DNA from: Actinomycetes bacterium
Lineage (GTDB): Bacteria > Actinomycetota > UBA4738 > HRBIN12
Direction of reading: 5' to 3'
Assembly: GCA_021155985.1 (NCBI GenBank)
Contig: JAJNBA010000005.1
Coordinates: 61,855-125,854 of the forward strand
Length of the DNA: 64,000 bases
In this document: positions 29,694 through 39,532 of the stretch, one piece after another
Layout: the number at the start of each line of letters is the position of its first letter
How positions within the stretch are numbered: position 1 is the stretch's first letter
The notes under the pieces: model-generated
Database searches by the model: none
What the model saw: only the letters and a program-made list of their open reading frames with translations
What the model was told of the DNA's origin: nothing
Made by a program: the position numbers and the translations under genes

Positions 29694-31327
29694 GTGGGCG
29701 CGTTCTCGCCGACGCGCGGACGTCGTTCGCAGCGCTCGGCCGGTCGTTCCGGTCCCCCGATATCGCGAAGGCGCTGGCGGCCTACCTCGCGTTCACGATC
29801 ACCGAATGGGCGGCGTTCATCGCGCTGATCGTCTACGCGTACGAGGACGGCGGCAGCGTCATGGTCGGTCTGGCGAGCCCCTTGCAACTGATCCCCGCCG
29901 CGCTCATCGCACCGGTGGGGTCGGTCCTCGGAGATCGGCACCGCCGCGAGCGGGTGTTGCTGTACGCCTATGCCTCGCTCAGCGCGACGACGACGCTGGC
30001 CGCCGTCGCATTGCTCACCACCGCTCCGGCCCCGCTCGTCTACGCGTCGGCCACGACCGCGGGGTGGATGATCACGCTCGTCCGTCCCACGCATGCCTCC
30101 CTCCTCCCGCGGGTGGCTCGCACGCCGGAGGAGCTCTCGAGCGCCTTCGCTGCGAGCAGCCTCCTCGAGAGCTTCAGCATCCTCCTCGGCCCACTCCTCG
30201 CCGGTGGACTGATGGCGCTGGCGCCGGGTTCTCTTTCGCGATCCCGCGTGGTGGATGCCGCCCTCGCCGCGATGCTCTTCCTGGGCACCGTGAGCGTGGC
30301 TTCGATCCGGGTACGCACGGAGCCCGCGAAGGAGGGAGGGACGTCCGGCGTCCGGGTCGTCGCATCCGATGCCGTCGAGGGCGTCCGGGCGGTGGCCCAG
30401 GATCGCCGTTCGCTGCTCCTGATGGCGACGGTGGGGCTCTCGATGGTCCAGCTCGGGTTCGTCGACGTGTTGATCGTGGTCCTCGCCGTCGACTCGTCGG
30501 CACGGGCGACGCCGGCGTCGGCTTCCTTACCGCCTCGATCGGCGTCGGCGCCGTCGTGGGAGCGACGCTCGCGGTCGGCCTCGCGGCGCGGTGGCGGGCA
30601 TCCCGATCGTTCCGGTGGGGGGTCTCGTGGAGCGGACTCTCGATCGCCGGGATCGCCGCGCATCCGGCTCTGGCGGGCTTCTTCCTGGCGATGAGCGGGG
30701 TGGGAGGCGCGCTCGCCGATGTCAACGGGCGGGTGATGCTTCAGCGATTGATCCTGGACAAGCAGCTGTCACGCGCGTTCGGGGTTCTGGAGTCGGTCTA
30801 CATGGCCGGCGAGGGTCTCGGCTCCTTCCTCGCGTCGCTCATCATCGTCGCGATCGGGCCTCGATGGACCTTGTTGATCGCCGGCGTCCTCCTGCCGGCC
30901 GTCGCCCTGCTGGGTCGCCGAGCCCTCATCGCGCTCGACGTCGGGATCCGGATCCCCTCGGAAGAGATGGCGCTCCTGCGATCGACGCGGTTCTTCACCC
31001 CGCTCCCCACGCCGATGCTCGAACGACTGGCGAGGAACCTCGTCCCGATCCACGTGCCGGATGGATCCGTCGTGATCACGCAGGGCGACGCGGGCGATCG
31101 CCTACGCGATCGTCGAAGGCGCGGTGGAGGTTCTCGAGGGTGGTCGGCGGATCGGGACGCTGGGGCCGGGCGGATCGTTCGGAGAGATCGCCCTGATCCG
31201 CGATGTCCCCCGGACCGCGACCGTGATCGCCACGACCGAGAGCAAACTCCTGGCGCTCGATCGGGACGAGTTCCTCCGGGCCATCACCGGTCAGAGGCGG
31301 CATCGGAGGAGGCCGACGGACTGGTGA
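29694..31327 (+). pseudogene. MFS transporter fused to a C-terminal cNMP-binding domain, disrupted by >=3 frameshifts
   Basis: Coding signal hops frames: GTG 29694 MGAFSPTR (frame 0) -> SFAALGRSFRSPDIAKALAAYLAFT...LIVVLAVDS (frame 2, through ~30492) -> GTGDAGVGFLTASIG...QGDAGDR (frame 1, through ~31100) -> [41 protein letters not shown] (cNMP-binding, ends 31327). Confidence 0.6.
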
Positions 31328-31378
31328 CGGAGCGGCTCGACGAACTGGAGGCGACCCGCGAACCGTAACCGAGGGAGA

Positions 31379-32200
31379 TCAGATCGGGGACCAGCCGGCC
31401 GCCGCCACGTGCCCGAAGGGACGGCCGAAGTGCCCGACGCAGACCGTCCATCCTTCCCTGTCCGCGGCGTCGATCCAGAGCGCGCGATGCTCTGCCGCGA
31501 GCTCGGGATCCTCGTCGTGGTTCGACCGCCACGTGGGATGGACCACCTGAGGCGTCGTGTGGAGGAGGTCGCCGACGAGCAGCAAGGTGGCGTCCGCTTG
31601 CTCCAGCTGGACCACCCGGTGCCCCGGCGTGTGCCCGGGTGCGTGCCGCAGGGAGAGCCCCGGCATGACCTCGTGATCCGTCGGGTCGAGGTCGAGCATG
31701 CCGAGCCCCTCGAGGCCGGCCATCGCGAAACGGCCCGTGAAGTCCTTCGGCGTCCGGTGGGTAGCGAAGAACGTCCAGTCCTCCGGATGCACGTGGTACC
31801 GAGCGTTCGGGAACAGCGGACTGCCGTCGCCCGCGCACGCGCCGCCCGCATGGTCGCCGTGCAGGTGCGTGAGGATCACGTGCTGCACGCTGTCCGGAGA
31901 GACCTCGATCGCGGCGAGCTCATCCTCGAGCCGCCCCGCGACGTCGAAGGGTGGTCGGCCGAGGCCGCCGATCCCCGTATCGACGAGCACCGGGCCATCC
32001 GGGTGGCGGATCAGGAAGGCGTGGACGTGCCACGCCCAGCTCTTCGCGTCGTCGGGAGGGAACGCCCACGGGAACCGGGAGCGGTGTTCTCCCCAGTCGA
32101 CGTCGTGGCCGGGCGCCTCGTCGTCGAGCGGCAGAGGCGCCCATCCATCGCAGAGGGGCACGACCTCGAACGATCCGAGCGTGAACGGCTCGTGCGGCAC
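31379..32200 (-). CDS. MBL-fold metallo-hydrolase
   Basis: 273 aa. THLHGDHAGG metal-binding motif and beta-lactamase-like fold. Confidence 0.8.
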   Translation of the reverse strand: MPHEPFTLGSFEVVPLCDGWAPLPLDDEAPGHDVDWGEHRSRFPWAFPPDDAKSWAWHVHAFLIRHPDGPVLVDTGIGGLGRPPFDVAGRLEDELAAIEVSPDSVQHVILTHLHGDHAGGACAGDGSPLFPNARYHVHPEDWTFFATHRTPKDFTGRFAMAGLEGLGMLDLDPTDHEVMPGLSLRHAPGHTPGHRVVQLEQADATLLLVGDLLHTTPQVVHPTWRSNHDEDPELAAEHRALWIDAADREGWTVCVGHFGRPFGHVAAAGWSPI

Positions 32201-32209
32201 CCCACGAGC

Positions 32210-32791
32210 CTAGCGGCGAGGCGCGCGCTCGACGTCGGCCGGCTCGTCGATATCCACCAGGGTCCGACGCCCCGGATCGAGGGCGGCCCAGGAAGGCTCG
32301 TCCACCACCACGGTCCGGACGGCCGAGAGGAGATCCCGGAGCCTTCGCCGTCCACTCCCGAGGAGGACCGCGACGGCATCCGCGGCCGGCTCGGTCCGCA
32401 CGACGCAGGGAAGCGGCCTGGCGTCCCCGCCATCGGAGAGGATGACCGCCACGGCGCCGGTCTCCCGGCCTGCCCGGAGCATCTCCCGGAGCACGGGCGG
32501 TTGGAGGTCCGGCATGTCGCCGCCCGCCACGATCGCCCACGTCGCATCGGCGATCTCGAGCCCCGCAGCCAACCCGCGGAGCGGGCCCTCGTCGGCGGTC
32601 GAGTCACGAGCGAAGGTGACGGAGGCACCGGCGGGCATGGACGGTTCCTCGATCTGGGGGCCGATCACCACGACGACGCGATCGCAGATGTCGAGGAGTC
32701 GGAGGACCGGATGGTGGAGCAACGGCCGACCGTCGATCTCCTCGGCGAGCTTGTCGCGGCCGAACCGTCGGGAGCGGCCTCCCGCGAGCAC
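32210..32791 (-). CDS. mobA: Molybdenum cofactor guanylyltransferase
   Basis: 193 aa. LAGGRSRRFGRDK N-terminal motif of MobA, GTG start. Sits immediately downstream of the formate dehydrogenase genes. Confidence 0.8.
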   Translation of the reverse strand: MLAGGRSRRFGRDKLAEEIDGRPLLHHPVLRLLDICDRVVVVIGPQIEEPSMPAGASVTFARDSTADEGPLRGLAAGLEIADATWAIVAGGDMPDLQPPVLREMLRAGRETGAVAVILSDGGDARPLPCVVRTEPAADAVAVLLGSGRRRLRDLLSAVRTVVVDEPSWAALDPGRRTLVDIDEPADVERAPRR

Positions 32792-32804
32792 GATCCCGGC
32801 GACG

Positions 32805-33767
32805 CTATCTCGGTCGTCGGTCGTCGCGACCCCTCCGACTCTGCACGTAGGAGAACCCGAACCGCCCCTTGATGCAGAGGTGGCCGCTCGTCACCGAGTG
32901 GTCCTCCGGCGACGATACCTTGACGATCTCGTTGTCTTGGACGTGCACTTCCAGCTCGCACCCCACGCCGCAGTACGGGCAGATCGTGTTCGTAACGGTC
33001 TGCGCGTCCTCGTCCCACGTCTCCTCCGCTCGCATGTCGTGCTCGGACTTGAACATCAGGGCACCGGTGGGACAGACACCGATGCAGTTCCCGCAGTACA
33101 CGCATGCGGACTCGTCCAGCGGCACGGCGAACTCCGTGGAGATCCTCGCGTCGAAGCCGCGACCTGCCACCGCGATCGCGAACGTGTTCTGCGCATCGAC
33201 CCCGCACGCTTCGACGCACTTGTAGCAGAGGACGCACCGCTCATAGTCGCGGACGTACAGCTCGTTGTCCACCTTCACGGGCTGGGCGACGGTCTCCGCG
33301 ATCGTCGGGTCGGGGTCATGATGGTGACCGGCCCACCGCTCGTCGCGCTCGCCGGTCTCCATCGGTTCCATCGCGGCCCCGTAGCGCGACGGATCCGCTC
33401 CGTACTCCCCCATCCATCGGAGCCAGTCGGTGGAGGCGAGGCTCGTGTCCACGCTCGAGGCGAGGAACTCCATCACGAGCTTCCGCGAATGGCGCACGCG
33501 CTCGGTATCGGTCTGCACCTTCATCCCGTCCTCGACGGGCCGGGAGCACGCCGGGACCAACACGCGCGAGCCCTCTACCTCGACCATGCAGACCCGGCAG
33601 GCGTTGACCGGCGTGAGGTTGCCCGCGTAGCACATCGTCGGTGTATCCACGCCCTCCGCCCGGCAGGCGTCCAGGATCGTCGCACCTTCGGGGGCCCGCG
33701 TCGTTCGACCGTCGATCTCCAGGTCGAGGAGCCGCCGGGGCCGGTCGAGCGGCACGGCCTGGCTCAC
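32805..33767 (-). CDS. Formate dehydrogenase alpha subunit, N-terminal Fe-S module (NuoG/FdsA-N-like: 2Fe-2S, 4Fe-4S ferredoxin domains and the FS0 CxxCxxxC...C motif)
   Basis: GTG 33767 overlaps the upstream stop (GTGA). MSQAVPLDRPRRLLDLEIDGRTT...CRVCMVEV..., CVLCYKCVEAC, CVYCGNCIGVCP, ICPYCGVGCELEVHV...GHLCIKGRFGFSYVQ. Ends exactly where the catalytic subunit (35694..37628) begins by alignment to E. coli FdhF. Confidence 0.8.
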   Translation of the reverse strand: MSQAVPLDRPRRLLDLEIDGRTTRAPEGATILDACRAEGVDTPTMCYAGNLTPVNACRVCMVEVEGSRVLVPACSRPVEDGMKVQTDTERVRHSRKLVMEFLASSVDTSLASTDWLRWMGEYGADPSRYGAAMEPMETGERDERWAGHHHDPDPTIAETVAQPVKVDNELYVRDYERCVLCYKCVEACGVDAQNTFAIAVAGRGFDARISTEFAVPLDESACVYCGNCIGVCPTGALMFKSEHDMRAEETWDEDAQTVTNTICPYCGVGCELEVHVQDNEIVKVSSPEDHSVTSGHLCIKGRFGFSYVQSRRGRDDRRPR

Positions 33768-35626
33768 GCGGCACCCCCGTCGAAGACGCCCAGCTTGGAG
33801 ATCGCGGACTGGACGGCGTTGGCCGCCGTCTGTCCGAGGCCGCAGATCGACGCGTCGCGCATCACCCGGGCCACCTCGTCGATCAGGGCGAGCTCGTCCT
33901 GGGCGGAGCCGATCGGGGTCCCCGCCACGAGCCGATGGAGCGCTTCCTCCTGCCGCACGGTTCCCACGCGGCACGGCACGCACTGCCCACAGCTCTCGTC
34001 GCGGAAGAACCGTGCGATCCGCAAGCACAGATCGACCAGGTCCGCGCGCTCGTCGAAGACCATGATCACGCCGGATCCGAGCGTGTAGCCGCCCTGTCGC
34101 GCGTCCTCGAACGTCAGCCTCGCATCGAGCATGTCCGGGCCCACGAACCCCCCGGCCGCTCCACCCAGCAGGACCGCCTTCAGCGTGCTCCCCCGAGGGA
34201 CACCGCCGGCGAGTGCGATCAGGTCGCGGACGGTCGCCCCGTGCTCGACCTCGTAGACACCGGGTCGCTCAACGGCACCGGAGAGACAGAACAGCCTGGG
34301 TCCGGTGGACCCCTCGGTGCCGATCGCAGCGTAGGCGTCGGCTCCGATCCGGAGGACCTCCAGGACGTTGATCAGGGTCTCCACGTTGTTGATCGCCGTC
34401 GGTCTGCCGAACACACCGAACGTGACCGGGAACGGCGGCTTGTTCCTCGGCTCTCCGCGCTTCCCCTCGAGCGAGTTGAACAGGGCCGTCTCCTCCCCAC
34501 AGATGTAGGCTCCGGCGCCGCGGCGGAGCTCGATGTCGAAGGTCCTGCCGCTGCCCATCACGTCGTCACCGAGGGATCCGTGCCGTCGCGCCTCTCCGAT
34601 CGCGTGCTCCATCCGCTCGGTCGCGAGCGGATATTCACCCCGGATGTACACGAAGCCTCGGTCGGCACCACACGCGAACCCCGCGACCGTCAACGACTCC
34701 ACCACAGCGAACGGGTCTTGCTCCATCACCACGCGGTCCTTGAACGTGCCCGGCTCGGACTCGTCGGCGTTGCAGACCACGTAGCGAGGCCCCGCGGGCT
34801 GGGTGGACACGGCCTGCCACTTGACGCCGGTCGGGAACGCGGCCCCGCCGCGACCCAGGAGCTTCGCTTCGGTGATGGCCTCGATCACGCGGCCTGGACC
34901 CATCTCGTACGCCGCGCGCAGCGCCTCGTACCCTCCGTGCGCGCGATAGTCGTCGATCGACGTGGGGTCGACGACGCCGGCGCGACGGAGCAAGCGCAGG
35001 CTGTCTCGGGATCCCGCATCCGCCGTCTGCGGAGCTCCCACGCCGCCGGCGCAGATGACGGCGGAGTCCGGCGCGACGACCTCGGCCACGGTCTCGCGCG
35101 TCGCGCCGCCGAGGGCGACCTCCGGTCGTCCCGCCCGCTGCGCGAAGACGGCCGGCGCCTGCTCGCACATGCCGAGGCACGGCGAACGGACCCACGTCCA
35201 GCCGCCGGCGTCTGCCCCTTCCGGCCCCGCGTCGCGCTCGAGCTCCCCGCAGAGGGCGAGGCCGCCGGCTCCCCTGCACGCGAGGTCGTCGCACACGTGG
35301 ACCACGTTGGCGGGTCGCTCCTCGACGCTGAACATCGCGTAGAACGTCGCCACGCCGTACGCCTCGGCCGGCGGAACGGAGAGCCGCTGGCACACGTAGT
35401 TCAGCCCTCCGCGGCTGATCCAGCCGACCCCCGCCTGGAGCGCGTGCAGGGCCGGCAGCAGCAGGTGCCGCTGCTCGCGCGCCTCGCGACCGGCGCGGAC
35501 GACGCGGAGATCGTCCGCGCTCCGCTCGGTGGCGCCCACCCAGCCGGTCTCCGGCGGCCCGAGGAGCCCGTCGACCGCGGCACGTTCTTCCGCGGTCGGC
35601 GCGGCCTCCATCAGATGCAGGTCCAC
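33764..35626 (-). CDS. NAD(H)-binding diaphorase subunit, fused NuoE-like (2Fe-2S thioredoxin-like) and NuoF-like (FMN, NADH, 4Fe-4S) domains (FdsG-FdsB fusion)
   Basis: 620 aa. CDDLACRGAGG...C...C NuoE motif, then GGAAFPTGVKW, GEYPLA, CGQCVPCR NuoF motifs. Confidence 0.85.
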   Translation of the reverse strand: MDLHLMEAAPTAEERAAVDGLLGPPETGWVGATERSADDLRVVRAGREAREQRHLLLPALHALQAGVGWISRGGLNYVCQRLSVPPAEAYGVATFYAMFSVEERPANVVHVCDDLACRGAGGLALCGELERDAGPEGADAGGWTWVRSPCLGMCEQAPAVFAQRAGRPEVALGGATRETVAEVVAPDSAVICAGGVGAPQTADAGSRDSLRLLRRAGVVDPTSIDDYRAHGGYEALRAAYEMGPGRVIEAITEAKLLGRGGAAFPTGVKWQAVSTQPAGPRYVVCNADESEPGTFKDRVVMEQDPFAVVESLTVAGFACGADRGFVYIRGEYPLATERMEHAIGEARRHGSLGDDVMGSGRTFDIELRRGAGAYICGEETALFNSLEGKRGEPRNKPPFPVTFGVFGRPTAINNVETLINVLEVLRIGADAYAAIGTEGSTGPRLFCLSGAVERPGVYEVEHGATVRDLIALAGGVPRGSTLKAVLLGGAAGGFVGPDMLDARLTFEDARQGGYTLGSGVIMVFDERADLVDLCLRIARFFRDESCGQCVPCRVGTVRQEEALHRLVAGTPIGSAQDELALIDEVARVMRDASICGLGQTAANAVQSAISKLGVFDGGAA

Positions 35627-35693
35627 GGCAACCTTCGCTTCCAGGGGGCTGCGCTCGCGCCTTCGACGCTCGCTCCTCGGGTCCCCGGCCCCG

Positions 35694-37628
35694 TCACTCG
35701 CCGCCCCCGCCGCCGCTCGCGACGGCCGGTTCCTCGAGCTTCTCCACGCGGACCGCGGTCGCCTTGAACTCCGCCGTCCCCGACTTCGGATCCCAAGCGT
35801 CGATCGTGAGGTTGTTCACGTCCACCTGGTCGGGGAAGTGCAGCGTCATGAACAGGAGACCGGGTCGCAGGCCCAGGGCGAGCCGGACCGGCGCCACGAC
35901 CTCGCCTCGTCGGGAGAGAACCCGGACCCGCTCCCCCTCGCGGAGCCTGAGGCGCTCCGCGTCCTCCGGGGACATGTCCAGTGTCTCCTCGCGTCGGAGC
36001 GGCGAGGTGTACTCGCCGGTCTGCACGCCGGTGTTGTAGGAGTCCAACCGACGACCGGTGGTGAGCCGGAACGGGTAGTCCTCGTCGAGCTCGTCTACGG
36101 GGGGCTCGTAGAGCACGACGGAGAACGGCGCCTTCCTCCCCTGCTCTGCCGGATCCTCGGACCACAGCCGCCCATGGAGGAACGTCGTTCCGGGATGCTC
36201 GTCGTCCGGGCACGGCCATTGGATCCCACCGAGCTCCTCGAGCCGCTCCCACGCCATCCCGGCGTGCATCGGCGACAGGCGCCGGACCTCCTCCCACACG
36301 TCGTGAGCGGAAGGGTCGCCCCAGTCGTGCCCCAGTCGAGCGGCGAGCTGCGCGATGATCCAGATGTCGTCCCGGGCATTCCCCGGTGGTTGCAGCGCGG
36401 GCCGCACGCGTTGCACGCGCCGCTCGCTGTTCGTCACGGTCCCCTCCGATTCGAACGCCGAGTTCGCCGCCGGCAGCACGACGTCGGCCATCTCCGCGGT
36501 GTGCGTCAGGAAGATGTCCTGGACGATCAGGATGTCGAGGTTGGCCAGGAGCTTGTGCGTGCGCTGGTTGTCGGCCTCGGAGGCCGCCGGGTTCTCTCCG
36601 ATCACGTAGAGCGCTGTGAGCTCGCCTTCCTCCATCGCCTCGAACATCTGGGAGAGATGCCACCCCTTCTTGGGGTTGATCTTCGATCCCCACTCCTGCT
36701 CGAAGCGAGCCCGCACGACATCGTTCTCGACCTCCTGGAAGCCGGTCAGGTGGTGAGGGATCGCGCCCATGTCGCCACCGCCCTGGACGTTGTTCTGGCC
36801 CCGCAGCGGGTTCAGCCCCGATCCGTACGTCCCCACGTGCCCGGTCAGAAGGCCGAGGTTGATCAGGGCCAGCACGTTGTCGGCGGCGTTGTGATGCTCC
36901 GTGATCCCGAGGGTCCAACAGATCATGGCGCGGTCCGCCTTGGCGTAGGCGTGCGCCACCTCGCGGATCACGTCCGCCGGGATCCCGGTGACCTCCGCGC
37001 CCCGCTCGAGCGTCCAGTCCATCACCGAGGCCACGTAGTCATCGAAGTCCGTCGTCGCGAGCTCGATGAACGCGCGGTGATGCAGATCGTTCACGATGAT
37101 CTCCCGAGCCATCGTGTTCGAGAGCGCGATGTCGGTCCCGACATCCAGGCCGAGCCAGAGGTCGCCCCACTCGGCGGACTCGGTGCGGCGGGGGTCGACG
37201 ACGATCAGTCGCATGCCCTTGTGGATCCCCTTCAGGACATGGTGGAAATAGATCGGGTGCGCCGCCCGGGCGTTCGAGCCCCAGAGCATCATGAGGTCGA
37301 CGTGCTCGACCTCCTCGTATGAGCTGGTACCGCCTCCGGCACCGAAGACCGTGGCCAGACCGACCACGCTCGGCGCGTGTCAGGTGCGGTTGCAGCTGTC
37401 GATGTTGTTGCTGCCGAGGGCCTGACGGAAGAACTTCTGGGCTGCGAAGTTCATCTCGTTCGTGGCCTTCGAGCAGCTGAACAGGCCGACCCCCGTGCCG
37501 CCGTGACGCTCCGTGGCGGCCCGCAACCCGTCGGCGGCCCGGTCGAGGGCCTCCTCCCAGGTCGCGACGCGCAGCTCGCCGTCCTCGCGCACCATCGGCT
37601 CGGTGAGTCGGGTGAGCCCGTTCGGCAT
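35694..37628 (-). CDS. fdhA: Formate dehydrogenase catalytic (molybdopterin) subunit, selenocysteine-containing; in-frame TGA at 37380..37382 read as Sec
   Basis: ATG 37628 with AGGGAG Shine-Dalgarno (MPNGLTRLTEPMVREDG...). ...GSNNIDSCNRT-TGA-HAPSVVGLATVFGAGGG aligns with E. coli FdhF ...NNVDCCARV-U-HGPSVAGL. Track ORFs 37380..38246 and 35694..37367 are the same frame split only by this TGA. Downstream RGQNNVQGGGDMG and other bis-MGD domain motifs present. Confidence 0.8.
37336..37358 (-). promoter_or_regulatory. Candidate bacterial SECIS hairpin downstream of the FDH UGA
   Basis: mRNA 5'-CUGG(C)CAC GGUCUUCG GUGCCGG-3' starts about 24 nt after the UGA. 7-bp stem with one bulge and a GGUC-containing apical loop, as in fdhF-type SECIS elements. 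Confidence 0.45.
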
Positions 37629-37754
37629 CCCGCTCCCTTCTGGTCGTGCTGGCCGTCGATCAGCAGCCGGACGTCCCGGCCGCACGGCGATTCTAGGCCC
37701 CTGCGGTGCCCCCGGGATGGGAGTTGGAACGCCGCGCCGTCTACCGTGTGCGGG

Positions 37755-38558
37755 ATGACCGAGCGTGGCTCCACGCGGGAACGTGCCCGCGAGCGGGGAG
37801 GCCTCCTGGATCGCCTGCGAGGCCGGAGGTCGCGGATCTCGCCCCACCCCGGCCCGGTGGACGCGGAGCAGGACGCGTCCACCAGCAAGTCGGGGGCGCT
37901 CCGCGCCGCGATCTTCGGGATGAACGACGGGCTCGTGTCGAATCTCTCCCTCATCTTCGGCGTGGCCGGATCGGTCGTGGAGCGTGACGTGGTGGTCATC
38001 GCCGGGATCGCCGGTCTTCTCGCGGGAGCGTTCTCGATGGCGGCAGGCGAATACGTCTCGATGAAGGTGCAGCGGGAGGTCTTCGAGCAACTGATCCACA
38101 GGGAGGCCCATGAGATCGCCACGCAGCCCGAGGAAGAGCTGCAGGAGCTCGCGGCGATCTACGAATCCAAGGGCATCGGGGCGGAGACCGCGGCGACGAT
38201 CGCCGCCGAGCTGATGAAGGATCCGCAGATCGCGCTGGCGACGCACGCACGCGAGGAGCTCGGGATCGACATGGAGGAGGGCCTCGGCTCCCCGTGGGCG
38301 GCCGCCGGATCCTCGTTCGGGACGTTCGCGATCGGTGCCGCGGTCCCGCTCCTGCCCTTCCTGTTCACGTCGGGCGGCTCGGCGGTCGCCGTCTCCGCCG
38401 GCCTCTCGGGGGTGACCCTGTTCGCCGTGGGCAGCGCGATGACCGTGCTCACCGGTCGGAGCGCGTTGTTCTCGGGCGCGCGGATGCTCGCGATCGGCGC
38501 GGTCGCCGCGACGATCACGTACGGGGTCGGCGCCCTACTGAACGTGGCCGTCTCTTAG
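37755..38558 (+). CDS. VIT1/CCC1-family (vacuolar iron transporter-like) membrane protein
   Basis: Real start ATG 37755 (MTERGSTRERA...); upstream part of track ORF 37377..38558 is antisense to fdhA. FGMNDGLVSN motif and C-terminal TM helices. Divergent from fdhA, convergent with fdhD (4-nt overlap). Confidence 0.8.
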   Translation: MTERGSTRERARERGGLLDRLRGRRSRISPHPGPVDAEQDASTSKSGALRAAIFGMNDGLVSNLSLIFGVAGSVVERDVVVIAGIAGLLAGAFSMAAGEYVSMKVQREVFEQLIHREAHEIATQPEEELQELAAIYESKGIGAETAATIAAELMKDPQIALATHAREELGIDMEEGLGSPWAAAGSSFGTFAIGAAVPLLPFLFTSGGSAVAVSAGLSGVTLFAVGSAMTVLTGRSALFSGARMLAIGAVAATITYGVGALLNVAVS

Positions 38559-39403
38559 TTCGCGTCTCCGACACGTTCGGGATGCGTGTACACGTTCAGC
38601 CGCTCATCGCGGACGAAGCCGACCAGCGTCATGCCGAACCGCTCGCCCGCCTCCACCGCGAGGGATGAGGGCGCGCTCACCGCGCTCACGATCGGGATGC
38701 CGGCGACCGCCGCCTTCTGCACGATCTCGAAGGAGAGCCGGCCACTCACCTGGAGGACGTGGTCCGCGAGCGGGACTCGACCGGCCAGCACCTGCTCCCC
38801 CACGACCTTGTCCACGGCGTTGTGACGGCCCACGTCCTCTCGGACGGAGACGACGCGACCGTCCGGGGAGAAGAGACCGGCTGCGTGGAGGCCCCCCGTC
38901 CGTTCGAAGACCTTCTGGGCCTTCCGGAGTGCATCGGGAAGGCCGAGCAGAGTGGCGGCATCGACGGTCGTTCCGGTGGCGACTGGGGCGCACCGGACCT
39001 CGATGTCGTCGAGGGCCGCCTTGCCACACACCCCGCAGGACGAAGTGGCGTAGAAGTTCCGCTTGAGACGGTCGAAGTCGAACGGCCGCACGAGCGTGAC
39101 CGAGACGATGTTGTACTGCTGATCCTCGCCGGGGAGCGTGTCGCAGTAGGCGACCCGGCTCACGTCCCCGGGCACGATCAGGCCCTCGGTGAACAGGAAG
39201 CCCACGGCGAGCTCGAAGTCGCCACCAGGGGTCCGCATGGTGACGGCCACGGAGCGCTGTTCCTGACCAGGGCCTTGCACACGGATCTCGAGCGGCTCCT
39301 CGGCGGCCAGGGTGTCGGTCCGCTCCGAGCGGACCCCGTCGTTCATCGCGACGACGTGCACGTTCGCGATGTTCCGGCGGAGAGGCTGCGCTGCGGTCGC
39401 CAT
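38555..39403 (-). CDS. fdhD: Formate dehydrogenase accessory sulfurtransferase
   Basis: 282 aa from ATG 39403 (MATAAQPLRRN...). FdhD motifs SSCGVCGKAAL, DVGRHNAVDKV. Confidence 0.85.
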   Translation of the reverse strand: MATAAQPLRRNIANVHVVAMNDGVRSERTDTLAAEEPLEIRVQGPGQEQRSVAVTMRTPGGDFELAVGFLFTEGLIVPGDVSRVAYCDTLPGEDQQYNIVSVTLVRPFDFDRLKRNFYATSSCGVCGKAALDDIEVRCAPVATGTTVDAATLLGLPDALRKAQKVFERTGGLHAAGLFSPDGRVVSVREDVGRHNAVDKVVGEQVLAGRVPLADHVLQVSGRLSFEIVQKAAVAGIPIVSAVSAPSSLAVEAGERFGMTLVGFVRDERLNVYTHPERVGDAN

Positions 39404-39532
39404 GGGAACGATTATCGTCCTTCCGAGGTGCGCGGAACGGGCGATGACCGCACGGCTCCTCACCACCCGGCTCGGACCCGAGCACGAGCGCCTAGGAACG
39501 GACTGGCCCCCTCCTCGCGCTACGCTCGCGAC

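Noticed and set aside
31409-35767. Long plus-strand ORFs (487 aa, 548 aa, 708 aa) across the MBL, mobA and FDH genes.
   Set aside because: All are antisense to genes with unambiguous homology and are compositionally non-protein-like.
35529-37322. 597-aa plus-strand ORF antisense to the FDH catalytic subunit.
   Set aside because: Shadow ORF; the minus strand encodes the bis-MGD domain with the Sec site.
37377-37754. First 126 codons of track ORF 37377..38558 (plus strand).
   Set aside because: Antisense to the FDH catalytic gene and its Sec codon region. The VIT-family protein has a proper ATG at 37755.
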